The notes beneath the pieces are model-generated. The model did not search any database and was not told the DNA's origin. It saw only the letters and a program-made list of their open reading frames with translations. A stretch of DNA of 64,000 nt, taken from the NCBI GenBank assembly GCA_964482725.1, contig CAYZYT010000006.1, forward strand, positions 19,777-83,776, given 5' to 3'. This document shows, in pieces, positions 50,233 to 60,123 of this stretch. The number at the start of each line of letters is the position of its first letter. The first letter of the stretch is position 1. The stretch is from an uncultured bacterium. GTDB lineage: Bacteria > Omnitrophota > Omnitrophia > Omnitrophales > Aquincolibacteriaceae. The position numbers were made by a program, and so were the translations under genes.

Positions 50233-51126
50233 TTACCCGTTCACCGTTCCCCGGGCCGCTTTCAAGGCCTCAGCCAGACTCACGAACTGCTCCAGAGAAA
50301 GGGTTTCGCCGCGAACTTTGGCAGAGAAGCCAAGCTTTTCGAACATGCGTTCGAGATCTTCGCGCCCCTGTTTCGGCTTAAGGTGATGCAACAGTAAGGA
50401 TAAAAGAGTTTTGCGCCGCTGGCTGAACGCGATCTTGATGACCTCGAGCAGAAATTTCTCGTGACCTGTCCGTGGGATATCACGAAAAACATACCGGACC
50501 ACGCGCGAGGTTACTTCCGGCGGCGGAAGAAAACACTTGGGCGAAACATCAAAAAGGAACTCGGTTCTTCCGTAGAAGCTGCTCGTAACGCTCAAGCGTC
50601 CGTAATCATCATCCCCCGCTTGCGCGGTAAGCCGCGCGGCGACTTCTTTTTGGAGCATCATCACCGCGCTTGAAAAGACTTCGGCGTGTTCGACGAGATG
50701 GAACAGAATGGGCGTCGAGATGTAGTAAGGAAGGTTCCCGATCACTTTGAAGGGGCCAGGCACTTTTCCATGCCCTTCTGAAAAAGGTGACTGACCCCCT
50801 CCGCTGATCAATTTCGTCAGGTCACACTTCAAGATGTCCGCGTGGACCAGCTTGAAAGTGTCGAGGTATTCCGGCGCAAGCTCCTGCGTCAAGATCTCGA
50901 CGAACTTCTTGTCTGTTTCCACCGCAAGTAAAGGAAAGCCGCGTTGCAAGATTTCTTGCGTCACGGCTCCGAGTCCCGGTCCGATCTCAAAGACGCGATC
51001 GCCCGGTTGAAGTTCTAAGGCATCGACGATTTTGCGGATCGTGTTCGGATCCATCAGGAGATGCTGGCCCAGGTGGCCGCGGATCCGAAGCCCGTATTTT
51101 TTGAGTAGCTCTATCTGCGTGAGCAT
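50233..51126 (-). CDS. rsmA: 16S rRNA (adenine1518/1519-N6)-dimethyltransferase
   Basis: It has a SAM-binding motif (VFEIGPGLGAVT) and sits at the ksgA position after pdxA. Confidence 0.9.
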   Translation of the reverse strand: MLTQIELLKKYGLRIRGHLGQHLLMDPNTIRKIVDALELQPGDRVFEIGPGLGAVTQEILQRGFPLLAVETDKKFVEILTQELAPEYLDTFKLVHADILKCDLTKLISGGGQSPFSEGHGKVPGPFKVIGNLPYYISTPILFHLVEHAEVFSSAVMMLQKEVAARLTAQAGDDDYGRLSVTSSFYGRTEFLFDVSPKCFLPPPEVTSRVVRYVFRDIPRTGHEKFLLEVIKIAFSQRRKTLLSLLLHHLKPKQGREDLERMFEKLGFSAKVRGETLSLEQFVSLAEALKAARGTVNG

Positions 51127-52133
51127 TTCGCGAGAACAGCTTTCTTGGCAAGGCGAAGGGCCGCAACCATGGAGGAAGCATCGGCTTTCCCTTGATACGC
51201 AATATCAAAGGCCGTACCGTGGTCCGGTGAAGTACGGATATAGGGAAGCCCGAGCGTCACGTTCACGCCGTCATGAAAAGCGACCAGCTTGAACGGTGCG
51301 AGCGCCTGATCATGGTACATCGCGATCACGGCGTCATATTTCCCGTGATAGGCGGCGTGAAAGAGAAGATCCGCCGAAAGCGGCCCGGAGACGTCGATCC
51401 CTTTGCGACATGCCGCGCGTACCGCGGGAGCGATCACCTTTTCTTCCTCAGCTCCGGATTCCTTGCCGTGGGGATTCAAGGCGCAAACCGCGATCCTTGG
51501 TTTCTTGCTCCCGAGACCACGCTTGAGCATCTCCTCCGTCAAAAGGATCTTTTCAAGGATGGACTTCGCGCTCAGCAGGCCACTCACTTTTTTTAGCGGT
51601 ACATGGATGGTCGCGAGCGTCACATTAAGACGCGGGCTTACGAACATCATGGCAAATTTCCGGACCTTGGCTTTCCCGGCGAGAAATTCCGTATGCCCGA
51701 TAAATTTTTTATCCACAAGACGGATCGCGGTTTTGTTCACCGGCGCCGTCACGATCGCGTCCACGATCCCCCGTTTTGCTAAGGAGGCCGCTTCTTCGAT
51801 CGTCCGAAGCGCTAGCCGCCCGTTCTCGAGGCAGGTCTTTCCTATTTTAAAGGCCCCTCCTCCAGGAAGTCCCCGGGAGATGTCGAGAAAATAAACATGG
51901 CCGGGGCGAAGAGACCCGGGGAGAATCTCCTGTATAGTTTTAAAAGGAAGCCAAAGGCCTGTCTTTTGGCAAAGCGTTTTCAACACCGGCCGGGTCCCGA
52001 TCAAAAGATAGGTGAGATGCTTGGAGGGTTTTTCTTTCTGAAGAGCCTTCACCAGGATCTCGGGGCCGATGCCGCCGGGATCGCCCATCGTGAGAGCGAC
52101 GACGCATGGATTTTTTTGCTCATGTTTTTTCAT
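51111..52133 (-). CDS. pdxA: 4-hydroxythreonine-4-phosphate dehydrogenase
   Basis: It has VALTMGDPGGIGPEI and follows the surA-pdxA-ksgA synteny. Confidence 0.9.
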   Translation of the reverse strand: MKKHEQKNPCVVALTMGDPGGIGPEILVKALQKEKPSKHLTYLLIGTRPVLKTLCQKTGLWLPFKTIQEILPGSLRPGHVYFLDISRGLPGGGAFKIGKTCLENGRLALRTIEEAASLAKRGIVDAIVTAPVNKTAIRLVDKKFIGHTEFLAGKAKVRKFAMMFVSPRLNVTLATIHVPLKKVSGLLSAKSILEKILLTEEMLKRGLGSKKPRIAVCALNPHGKESGAEEEKVIAPAVRAACRKGIDVSGPLSADLLFHAAYHGKYDAVIAMYHDQALAPFKLVAFHDGVNVTLGLPYIRTSPDHGTAFDIAYQGKADASSMVAALRLAKKAVLAKCSRR

Positions 52134-52158
52134 AACTTAGATGTCCCTTGCCCATACG

Positions 52159-53340
52159 CACAGGACCAGAGACCACAGACTACAGACCGCAGAAAAAAAT
52201 TACCTCACACCTGATCTCTCTCCGCAGGGGTGACGGTTGGGCGAGGGAGTCTCCAGTCTCTAGTCTGAAGTCTACTTTATGGAAATGTATGCCGCCTTCT
52301 TAACCTCTTCCATCCAATCGCGGAATCTCGCGTTGCTTTTCTGCTGAAAGAGATATCCGGCGATCTGGTCTTTCACTTCTTCAAAATAGCGAACCTTCTC
52401 GGGCTCTCTCGCCTCAATGCGAAAAATGTGATACCCGATCGGCGTCTCCACGACCCCCGTGATCTCCCCCGGGGAAGCCTTGAAGATCACCTCATCGACG
52501 GATTCGATCATGGCCCCTCGCTCGATCCATTCCCCAAGGCCATCCTGCTTGGCATGACTGTCCTCTGAAAAATCCTTCACGATCTTGTCAAAATTCCTGT
52601 AGATCCGGATCTTTTGCGCCAAAAGCTCGGTCCGCTGTTTTGCTTTTTCGTCCGTCAACCCCTTCGTCCGAGCTTCTTCGCTTTTCTTGATCGTAAGCGA
52701 CTTGACCCGAACGCGTTCTTTGATCTTGAACTGATCAGGATTTTTCTTGAAGAAATCTTCTATCTCGGTCGGAGACACGATCACCTTGGAACGGATCTCA
52801 CGGTCTTGAAGCTGGCGGACCATGGCCTGCTTCTTGAGCCGCTCGCGGAGAGCTTTCATTGTGAGGCCTTCTCGCTCGAGCATCGCGTCCAAATCCTCAG
52901 GATTGTCCATCTTAGCTTTGAACGCCTGAAACTCCTTCTCCGCATCTTCGTCTTTAACCTCGATCCCCATCAAAATCGCTTCCTGATATACCAGCTTGTC
53001 CTCGATCATTTGGCTCAGGACTTTTTGGCGGACCTCGTTGATCGCTTTCACAAGCTCTTGGCCGCTGTATTCTTTGCTGTATTGCTCGTAAATCGGCCGG
53101 AGAAAGGTGTCCAGTTCAGCCTGGGTGATGACCTCGTCATTGACCACCGCCACCACACGGTCGAGCAGTTCTTCCTGCGCGGCGTGGACAAGTGGCATGG
53201 CCAAAAAGAGGGACACGATGAGTATCAATAAATGTCGTTTCATAGAGGAGGCATTATACAACATTTCAGACTTCAGACTACAGACTTCAGAACACAAAAA
53301 AACGCATGCTTTAGTCTGCCGTCTGTGGTCTGTGATCTAC
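52159..53340. repeat. Four copies of a CAGACT/AGTCTG word-built imperfect inverted repeat bracketing the surA-like gene
   Basis: The four copies are 52159-52192 cacaggaccagagaccacagactacagaccgcag, 52247-52275 gagtctccagtctctagtctgaagtctac, 53266-53290 cagacttcagactacagacttcag and 53314-53340 gtctgccgtctgtggtctgtgatctac. Confidence 0.7.
52272..53243 (-). CDS. SurA-like periplasmic chaperone / parvulin-type peptidyl-prolyl isomerase
   Basis: It has a signal peptide (MKRHLLILIVSLFLAMPLVHA), a SurA N-domain and one parvulin domain (GYHIFRIE). The track's TTG start at 53297 lies inside a repeat. Confidence 0.75.
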   Translation of the reverse strand: MKRHLLILIVSLFLAMPLVHAAQEELLDRVVAVVNDEVITQAELDTFLRPIYEQYSKEYSGQELVKAINEVRQKVLSQMIEDKLVYQEAILMGIEVKDEDAEKEFQAFKAKMDNPEDLDAMLEREGLTMKALRERLKKQAMVRQLQDREIRSKVIVSPTEIEDFFKKNPDQFKIKERVRVKSLTIKKSEEARTKGLTDEKAKQRTELLAQKIRIYRNFDKIVKDFSEDSHAKQDGLGEWIERGAMIESVDEVIFKASPGEITGVVETPIGYHIFRIEAREPEKVRYFEEVKDQIAGYLFQQKSNARFRDWMEEVKKAAYISIK

Positions 53341-55287
53341 GGTTCGCTTTTGCTCCTCAACGGCTTTCTTGAGCATCCGGCAATAAAGATCAAAACCCAC
53401 GGCTTGGATGAAGCCGCTTTGTTCGTGGCCGAGAAGGTTCCCCGCGCCGCGGATCTCGAGATCTTCCATCGCGATCTTGAATCCCGACCCAAGCTGGGTG
53501 AATTTTTCAATAGCCTGGAGACGCTTTTCCGCATCCTGTGTCATCACCCAGTTCTTCGGAATCAGGAAATACGCGTACGCCTGACGTTTTTCCTTAAAAC
53601 GCCCCACACGCCCCCGCAGCTGGTAAAGATCCGCGAGTCCAAAACAGTCGGCGCGATCTACGATCAGCGTATTCACATTCGGGATATCGATCCCGGACTC
53701 AACAATACAAGTCGAGAGCAGACAATCAATCTCGCCTTTCAAAAATGCTTTCATCGCAATTTCGAGACTCTCGACCGGCATCTGCCCATGCATGACGCCG
53801 AATCGAACGCCGGGCATAAGCTTTGTCATCCGTTCATGGACCCGTTCGATCGATTGCACACGATTGTGCACAAAATAGACCTGTCCCTTGCGTGCCAATT
53901 CCCGCTCGATCGCCTGTTTAATGATGTTCTCGTGATATTCCATGACAAACGTCTCGACCGGCATGCGGTTCTTGGGCGGCGTATCGATCACGGACATATC
54001 GCGGACACCGAGAAGCGCCATATGAAGCGTCCTCGGGATCGGCGTGGCGGTAAGCGTCAACACGTCTACTTGGGTGCGCATCTGCTTCAGCTTTTCTTTG
54101 TGCCGGACACCGAAACGCTGTTCTTCATCAATGATGACAAGCCCCAGGTCTTTGAACCGGATATCCTTGGAAAGCAGACGATGCGTGCCGATCACCACGT
54201 CCGTCGCGCCCTCTTGAAGAGACTTGGCGATCACCTTTTGTTCTTTCGGAGATTGGAACCGGGAGAGGAGCTCGACGGTCACTGGAAAATTTTTGGCGCG
54301 CTCTTTAAGCAAAATATAATGCTGTTCGGCCAGGATCGTGGTTGGCACGAGAAATGCCACCTGCTTGCCTCCCATCACCGCCTTGAACGCCGCACGCATC
54401 GCGACCTCGGTCTTGCCATACCCCACATCGCCGCAAAGAAGCCGGTCCATCGGCCCCGAAGATTCCATATCCCGTTTCACTTCTTCGATCGCGCGCTTTT
54501 GGCCGGGGGTTTCTTCGAATGGAAATTCTCCCTCGAACTCTTTTTGCCATGGCGTGTCCTTGGGAAACGGCAACCCTTGTAAAAGACTTCGCGCGGCCTG
54601 GATCTGGAGAAGGTCCCCCGCGACTTTGTGGAGCGCCGTCCGCGTCCGGTTCTTGATCTTCTCCCATTCCTGGGTATTGAGCTTGGTGAGCTTGGGCCCC
54701 ACGCCGGAGCCGCCGATGTAACGCTCCACGGGCTCTTCAATAGAAAGATAAAGAATTTCATTTCCTGCGTACTCGATCGCCATGCAACGAGTACGAACCT
54801 TCTGCATCTGGATGACTTTGGTTCCGAGGAAACGGCCTATGCCGTATTTGAGGTGCACCACGAGATCTCCTCGTTCGAGGTCTTTGGTGCCAGCCACAGG
54901 TTCGAAGGTCTCAAGCCGTTCCTCCATGCGCCGGAGTTTTTTCCGGAACATATCGGAAACCTGGATGAGGAAGACTTCTTCGAAGGTGGCCGTACTCTCG
55001 CCTGAGGAGAGCGAGAAATCACGAATCTGGGCGGGCGTGTCCCCCTGGAACTGAACGCGGATCGGAAGCCGGTAGGTCACGGGATAAATATCCACCACTC
55101 CACCGCGAACGGCGAATTCCCCGGGAAGCGCGACATATTCTTTTTTCTGGTAGTGGAGCCCGATGAGAAGCTCCTCGAGCTGTTCGATCCCCGACTGCGC
55201 TAAATGCCAATCATTCAGCACGGCTTCGGCAGGAACTCGACGTTCCTGTCCGATCCGAGCGTTGATCTTTAGACGACGGATTTCCAT
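53311..55287 (-). CDS. mfd: Transcription-repair coupling factor (Mfd). This is a short form lacking the N-terminal UvrB-homology module and the C-terminal D7 domain.
   Basis: It has a CarD/TRCF RNA-polymerase-interaction domain ([16 protein letters not shown]) and an SF2 translocase ([24 protein letters not shown] motif LLGHEQSG). It is about 660 aa, whereas I remember roughly 1100-1200 aa for typical Mfd. Confidence 0.75.
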   Translation of the reverse strand: MEIRRLKINARIGQERRVPAEAVLNDWHLAQSGIEQLEELLIGLHYQKKEYVALPGEFAVRGGVVDIYPVTYRLPIRVQFQGDTPAQIRDFSLSSGESTATFEEVFLIQVSDMFRKKLRRMEERLETFEPVAGTKDLERGDLVVHLKYGIGRFLGTKVIQMQKVRTRCMAIEYAGNEILYLSIEEPVERYIGGSGVGPKLTKLNTQEWEKIKNRTRTALHKVAGDLLQIQAARSLLQGLPFPKDTPWQKEFEGEFPFEETPGQKRAIEEVKRDMESSGPMDRLLCGDVGYGKTEVAMRAAFKAVMGGKQVAFLVPTTILAEQHYILLKERAKNFPVTVELLSRFQSPKEQKVIAKSLQEGATDVVIGTHRLLSKDIRFKDLGLVIIDEEQRFGVRHKEKLKQMRTQVDVLTLTATPIPRTLHMALLGVRDMSVIDTPPKNRMPVETFVMEYHENIIKQAIERELARKGQVYFVHNRVQSIERVHERMTKLMPGVRFGVMHGQMPVESLEIAMKAFLKGEIDCLLSTCIVESGIDIPNVNTLIVDRADCFGLADLYQLRGRVGRFKEKRQAYAYFLIPKNWVMTQDAEKRLQAIEKFTQLGSGFKIAMEDLEIRGAGNLLGHEQSGFIQAVGFDLYCRMLKKAVEEQKRTVDHRPQTAD

Positions 55288-55439
55288 AGTCCCAATACCT
55301 TTCAATTTTTACGCAGTAGAAATTGGGGCTATCCCAACGACCCTTAATGTAACAAAATTCAAAGTTGGGATAGGGAGACTATTTTAGCACAAAGCGTGCC
55401 GGGGCATTTTTCAAGAAGACCGGTCCAGCGACGTGGAAA

Positions 55440-56603
55440 CTATTTAAAAAGGGAAGCGATTCTCTGGACGGCGATTTCGATATCTTTTTCGGAGGTGGCG
55501 TAGCTCATGCGGATATGATGGGGACTGCCAAAGGGCTCGCAAGGAATGACCGCGACATGGACTTCGTCCAAGAGTTTCTTCGCAACTTCCAAACCGCTCA
55601 TCCCCGTCCCTTGAATATCTGTAAAAAGATAAAAGGCGCCGTTCGATTTGAAGGGCTTGAAAGACTTCACCGCCTTCAGCTTTTCGATAAAAAGATCACG
55701 GCGTTTCTGGAACACTTCGCACATCTTTTGGGCTTCCGCATCCCCTTGATCCAGGGCAACCACGCCGCCGGGCTGCGTAAAAGAAACCGGATTCGATGTC
55801 GAATGGCTTTGAATGCTCTCGACAGCCTTAGCCAGGGTCTTTTCTGGGAATGCTGCATATCCCAAACGCCAGCCGGTCATGGCATAAGCCTTGCTGTGTC
55901 CGTTCACGATCACCGTCCGCTTGGCGATCTCAGGATCGAGAGATGCGATCGAACAATGTTTTCGGCCGTCAAAAACAAGTTTTTCATAGATCTCATCGCT
56001 TAACACGATCACGTTCGGGAATTTCTTGAGCACCGCGCAAAGCGCCAGAAGTTCTTCCTTGGAATAGATAGCTCCCGTAGGATTGGACGGGGAATTAATG
56101 ATGAGGATCTTGGAACGCGGCGTGAGAGCCTTTTCAAGCACTTCAGGCGTGACCTTGAAATCCGTCTTTTCCGTTGACGGCAGAAAAACGTTCGTACCGC
56201 CGAGCACGGTCACCATTTCGGGATAGCTCAACCAGTAAGGCACGGGGATAAGCACTTCATCGCCGGGATTCAACAGCGCGAAAAGCACGTTAAAAATCAC
56301 GTGCTTGGCGCCGCAACCGACCACAACCTGCTCGGGGGTAAAATCAAGCCCCTGATCGCGTTTGAGCTTCCTACAGATGGCCTGACGGAGCTCGATCATT
56401 CCTGGGACAGGGGTGTATTTGGTATTCCCTTTCTTGAGAGATTCGATCGTGGCTTCCTTGATAAAGGAAGGCGTATCAAAATCCGGCTCGCCGGCGGAAA
56501 GGGAGATCACGTCGATCCCCTGCGCCTTCATGGCTTTCGCCTTCGCAGCGATCTCAAGCGTGACAGAAGGTTTTACCGCAAGAACCCTACTGGAAAGTTC
56601 CAT
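55440..56603 (-). CDS. Pyridoxal-phosphate-dependent aminotransferase class I (aspartate aminotransferase-like)
   Basis: It has LSAGEPDFDTP and a lysine-carrying block (SKAYAMTGWRLGY). Confidence 0.85.
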   Translation of the reverse strand: MELSSRVLAVKPSVTLEIAAKAKAMKAQGIDVISLSAGEPDFDTPSFIKEATIESLKKGNTKYTPVPGMIELRQAICRKLKRDQGLDFTPEQVVVGCGAKHVIFNVLFALLNPGDEVLIPVPYWLSYPEMVTVLGGTNVFLPSTEKTDFKVTPEVLEKALTPRSKILIINSPSNPTGAIYSKEELLALCAVLKKFPNVIVLSDEIYEKLVFDGRKHCSIASLDPEIAKRTVIVNGHSKAYAMTGWRLGYAAFPEKTLAKAVESIQSHSTSNPVSFTQPGGVVALDQGDAEAQKMCEVFQKRRDLFIEKLKAVKSFKPFKSNGAFYLFTDIQGTGMSGLEVAKKLLDEVHVAVIPCEPFGSPHHIRMSYATSEKDIEIAVQRIASLFK

Positions 56604-56608
56604 AAAAA

Positions 56609-57172
56609 CTAGTTCTCGTCGCCTTTGAGGAATTTCCTGAGCTTGCCCAGGAACCCACCCTTTTTCTCCGCATCCTTTTTCTCGGTCGCCTTCGGCTCGT
56701 CGGATTCTTTTTTCGCATCCACCGATTTCGGAGATTCCTTGACCGCAGCTTTTTCTGCCGTCTTATCAGCAGCCTTTACAGCTTTCTTTTTCTTGGTCTT
56801 TTTGGTGGGGGCCTCAAATACGGCCGTCCATTCCAAAAGAGCCATCTGCGCACCGTCTCCGGCACGATACCCCAGACGAAGCACGCGGGTATAACCCCCT
56901 TCGCGACCCTTGAAAAGCGGGGCGATCTGAGTGATGAGAATACGCGCAATTTCCGGGTCACGGACCTTGGTGATCAAAAGGCGGCGGGCGTGAAGCCCCT
57001 CGCGTTTTGCGATCGTGATCATTTTATCGGCAAAGGCACTGGTCTCTTTTGCTTTCGCGTGCGTCGTCTCGATGCGTTTTTTCAAGACAAGCGCCCGCAC
57101 AAGATTCCTGAGCTTCGCCGTGCGGTGAGCGGTCACTACCCCTAATGTCCTTCTGCGGCGTTGATGGCGCAT
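56609..57172 (-). CDS. rplQ: 50S ribosomal protein L17 with a Lys/Ala-rich C-terminal extension
   Basis: It has an L17 core of about 120 aa followed by a KKAVKAADKTAEKAAVKE... tail. Confidence 0.9.
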   Translation of the reverse strand: MRHQRRRRTLGVVTAHRTAKLRNLVRALVLKKRIETTHAKAKETSAFADKMITIAKREGLHARRLLITKVRDPEIARILITQIAPLFKGREGGYTRVLRLGYRAGDGAQMALLEWTAVFEAPTKKTKKKKAVKAADKTAEKAAVKESPKSVDAKKESDEPKATEKKDAEKKGGFLGKLRKFLKGDEN

Positions 57173-57181
57173 GATAGATCC

Positions 57182-58189
57182 TTATGATTCTGTCTGGGCT
57201 GCGAGCGACGCACCCTTGTTCGGCAAAGAATCTTCGATGTTCATTCCGAGATGAAGATTCATCGTGACCAAGATCGCGTTGATCTCGTTAAGGGATTTTT
57301 TCCCAAAGTTTTTGTACTTGAGCATCTGCCCTTCCGACTTCTGGATAAGATCGCCGATCGTTTTGATGTTGGCGGCTTCGAGACAGTTGGCGCTACGAAC
57401 CGAAAGTTCCAACTCGCTGATCGGCTTGTGAACCATATCCAAAAATTCCTTATCCTCTACCTCTTCTTCTTCCTCTTCTTCCGGCAATTCACCGTAGTTG
57501 ACGAAGACATCGAGATGCCGTTGGAGGATGTTGGATGCGTAAAGCAGCGCCTCTTCGGGACCCATCGCGCCGTTCGTCCAGACTTCCAGAACCAAACGGT
57601 CATAATCGGTGGCCTGCCCCACGCGGGTATCTTCCACGAAAAAATTAACCTTGGTCACAGGTGAGAAAGCCGAATCAACCGTCACCACCCCAATGGAGGC
57701 ATCTTCTTGCTTGTTCTTTTCCGCTGAGACATACCCACGGCCCCGACCCACTTCCATCTCCATCTTGAAGGTATGGGACTTGCTCAGGGTGCAGAGTACG
57801 AGCTCCGGGTTAACGATCTCGACCGTCTCATCCGCCTGGATGTCGCCAGCCTTGACCGGACCTTGTTTCTTGATGTCGATATAGATCTTCTTCGGGCCCT
57901 TGCCGTGATAACGAAGCACGAGCTTTTTGACGTTCATGACGATCTGAGCGCCGTCCTCGACCACGCCTTCGACCGCAGAGAATTCATGCAACATCCCGTC
58001 GATCTTGATGCTGGTCACTGCAGCCCCATCGATCGAAGAGATCAACACGCGTCTGAGCGCATTCCCGATCGTGGTCCCGTAGCCGCGTTCGAACGGTTCG
58101 GCAATGAACTTGCCATAGTGAGGCGTCAGCGATCCTTGTTCTGCTTCGAGGCGCTTCGGCATTTCAAACGTTTTCCAACGAATTCCCAT
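57182..58189 (-). CDS. rpoA: DNA-directed RNA polymerase subunit alpha
   Basis: It has the canonical N- and C-terminal alpha domains. Confidence 0.95.
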   Translation of the reverse strand: MGIRWKTFEMPKRLEAEQGSLTPHYGKFIAEPFERGYGTTIGNALRRVLISSIDGAAVTSIKIDGMLHEFSAVEGVVEDGAQIVMNVKKLVLRYHGKGPKKIYIDIKKQGPVKAGDIQADETVEIVNPELVLCTLSKSHTFKMEMEVGRGRGYVSAEKNKQEDASIGVVTVDSAFSPVTKVNFFVEDTRVGQATDYDRLVLEVWTNGAMGPEEALLYASNILQRHLDVFVNYGELPEEEEEEEVEDKEFLDMVHKPISELELSVRSANCLEAANIKTIGDLIQKSEGQMLKYKNFGKKSLNEINAILVTMNLHLGMNIEDSLPNKGASLAAQTES

Positions 58190-58246
58190 GATGTTTCCTC
58201 CTTATGCGAACCAAGATAAAAAACTTTTTAAGAAATAACCCGGTCT

Positions 58247-58870
58247 CTACTTTGAATACAATTCCACGATGAGCGCTTCTTCGACAGGAAGCCCTGCATC
58301 CGCCTTCGTGGGAAGTCTCGTGATCGTTCCGGTCAATTTCTCGCGATCAAGCGCGAGCCATTCCGGGGCATTCAGATCCTTCCACTTTTCGAAACTCGCC
58401 TGCAATCTTTTGATCTGAGGCTCCTTCTGTTTCACACTGATCTTATCCCCCACTTTGCAAATGAAGGAGGCAATGTCGACCTTTTTGCCGTTGACGGTGA
58501 TATGCCCGTGTCCGACCATCTGACGCGCTTCCCTGCGAGAGCCCGAAAAGAGCAGGCGAAACACCACATTGTCCAAACGCCGTTCGTGCAACTGGATCAA
58601 CATCTCGCCTGTCACGCCCTTCATTTGAACTGCACGTGCGAAAAACACACGGAACTGACGCTCGGTCACCCCATAGATCCTCTTCATCTTCTGCTTTTCC
58701 CGCAACTGCACCCCGTAGTCAGATATTTTCTGGCGAGAAAGCCCGTGTTGACCGGGAGGTTTTGCCAAACGCTTATCATGCTTCTCATCGGTCGTACGGC
58801 GACCCTTGAGACCGAGGTTGATGCCCTCGCGACGGTGCAACCGGATAACTGGACCCCGATATCTTCCCAT
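58247..58870 (-). CDS. rpsD: 30S ribosomal protein S4
   Basis: It starts MGRYRGPVIRLHRREGINL. Confidence 0.95.
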   Translation of the reverse strand: MGRYRGPVIRLHRREGINLGLKGRRTTDEKHDKRLAKPPGQHGLSRQKISDYGVQLREKQKMKRIYGVTERQFRVFFARAVQMKGVTGEMLIQLHERRLDNVVFRLLFSGSRREARQMVGHGHITVNGKKVDIASFICKVGDKISVKQKEPQIKRLQASFEKWKDLNAPEWLALDREKLTGTITRLPTKADAGLPVEEALIVELYSK

Positions 58871-58873
58871 AAA

Positions 58874-59242
58874 TTAAACTCTCCTCTTCTTCGGCGGACG
58901 GCAGCCGTTATGCGGCACCGGTGTAATATCATGGATCGCGCTGATCACGAGCCCCGCAGCCTGAAGCGCACGAATGGCTGATTCACGGCCCGCGCCGGGA
59001 CCTTTGATGTAAACTTCAACTTCCTTCATCCCGAATTCCATGGCTTTTTTGGCAGCTTTCTCGGAAGCCATCTGCGCCGCAAAAGGCGTCGACTTCTTCG
59101 AACCCTTAAAACCCGCCGACCCCGAAGATTCCCAGCAAACGCAGTTGCCGCCGGCATCCGTGATCGTGATGATCGTGTTATTGAAACTTGCCGCGATGTG
59201 CGCTACGCCGCGAACGATGTGCTTGATCTTCTTTTTTGCCAT
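58874..59242 (-). CDS. rpsK: 30S ribosomal protein S11
   Basis: The S11 family sequence is clear. Confidence 0.95.
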   Translation of the reverse strand: MAKKKIKHIVRGVAHIAASFNNTIITITDAGGNCVCWESSGSAGFKGSKKSTPFAAQMASEKAAKKAMEFGMKEVEVYIKGPGAGRESAIRALQAAGLVISAIHDITPVPHNGCRPPKKRRV

Positions 59243-59273
59243 AGAATTCCTTTATCTCAGTGGTAAGCTCAGA

Positions 59274-59660
59274 TTATTTAGGTGCGGGCGCCCCTTTTGC
59301 GAGTCCGCCCACGGTTTTGCGTTTGCCCTTACGCGTACGTGCGTTCGTATGCGTTCTCTGCCCTCGGCATGGAAGCCCTTTCAAATGCCTTGATCCGCGA
59401 TAGCAGCGGATATCCATCAGACGCTTGATATTCATCTGGATCTCACGACGAAGATCCCCTTCCACTTTCGTGGTCCGCTGAATAATTCCCGTCAAAGCGG
59501 AAACTTCGGCCTCGGTCAAATCCTTGGCGCGCTTCGCCGGATCGACCTTAGCTTCCAACAAAACCTTTTTTGAAAGCGTTTTCCCGATCCCATACAAATA
59601 GGTCAACGCTACATCCACTCTTTTGTCTCTCGGGATATCCACCCCAATGATACGCGGCAT
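59274..59660 (-). CDS. rpsM: 30S ribosomal protein S13
   Basis: It starts [15 protein letters not shown]. Confidence 0.95.
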   Translation of the reverse strand: MPRIIGVDIPRDKRVDVALTYLYGIGKTLSKKVLLEAKVDPAKRAKDLTEAEVSALTGIIQRTTKVEGDLRREIQMNIKRLMDIRCYRGSRHLKGLPCRGQRTHTNARTRKGKRKTVGGLAKGAPAPK

Positions 59661-59687
59661 ACTCTGGATCCTTTCTTAAAGAATCAA

Positions 59688-59801
59688 TTAACCTTGTCGC
59701 TGCTTGTGCTTCGGATTACTGCAGATCACATACACGTAGCCCTTGCGACGTACGATCTTGCAATTCTCGCAGATTCTTCGGACTGAACTTCGCACTTTCA
59801 T
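59688..59801 (-). CDS. rpmJ: 50S ribosomal protein L36
   Basis: My own translation gives [37 protein letters not shown]. It is not in the ORF track, presumably because it is too short. Confidence 0.85.
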   Translation of the reverse strand: MKVRSSVRRICENCKIVRRKGYVYVICSNPKHKQRQG

Positions 59802-59819
59802 TTTTTCACCTCAGATAAC

Positions 59820-60038
59820 TTATTTAACTCGAAAAGTAATTCTTCCCCGCGTCAAATCGTACGGAGAAAGCTCCATCTTCACTTTATCTCCCGGGAGGAT
59901 GCGGATGTAATGCATCCTCATCTTGCCCGAGATATGCGCCAACACCTTATGCCCGCTCTCAAGTTCGACGCGAAACATCGCGTTGGGCAAAGGTTCAATC
60001 ACAGTTCCTTCTACTTCAATTGCATCTTCTTTCGGCAT
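59820..60038 (-). CDS. infA: Translation initiation factor IF-1
   Basis: It starts [30 protein letters not shown]. Confidence 0.95.
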   Translation of the reverse strand: MPKEDAIEVEGTVIEPLPNAMFRVELESGHKVLAHISGKMRMHYIRILPGDKVKMELSPYDLTRGRITFRVK

Positions 60039-60123
60039 CGCCTACCCTTGTCTTAAATTCTTATCTTAATGGGTGACAAGGGTTGCCCCAATTTCAAAAA
60101 TCTGAAATTGATAAGAATTGGGA

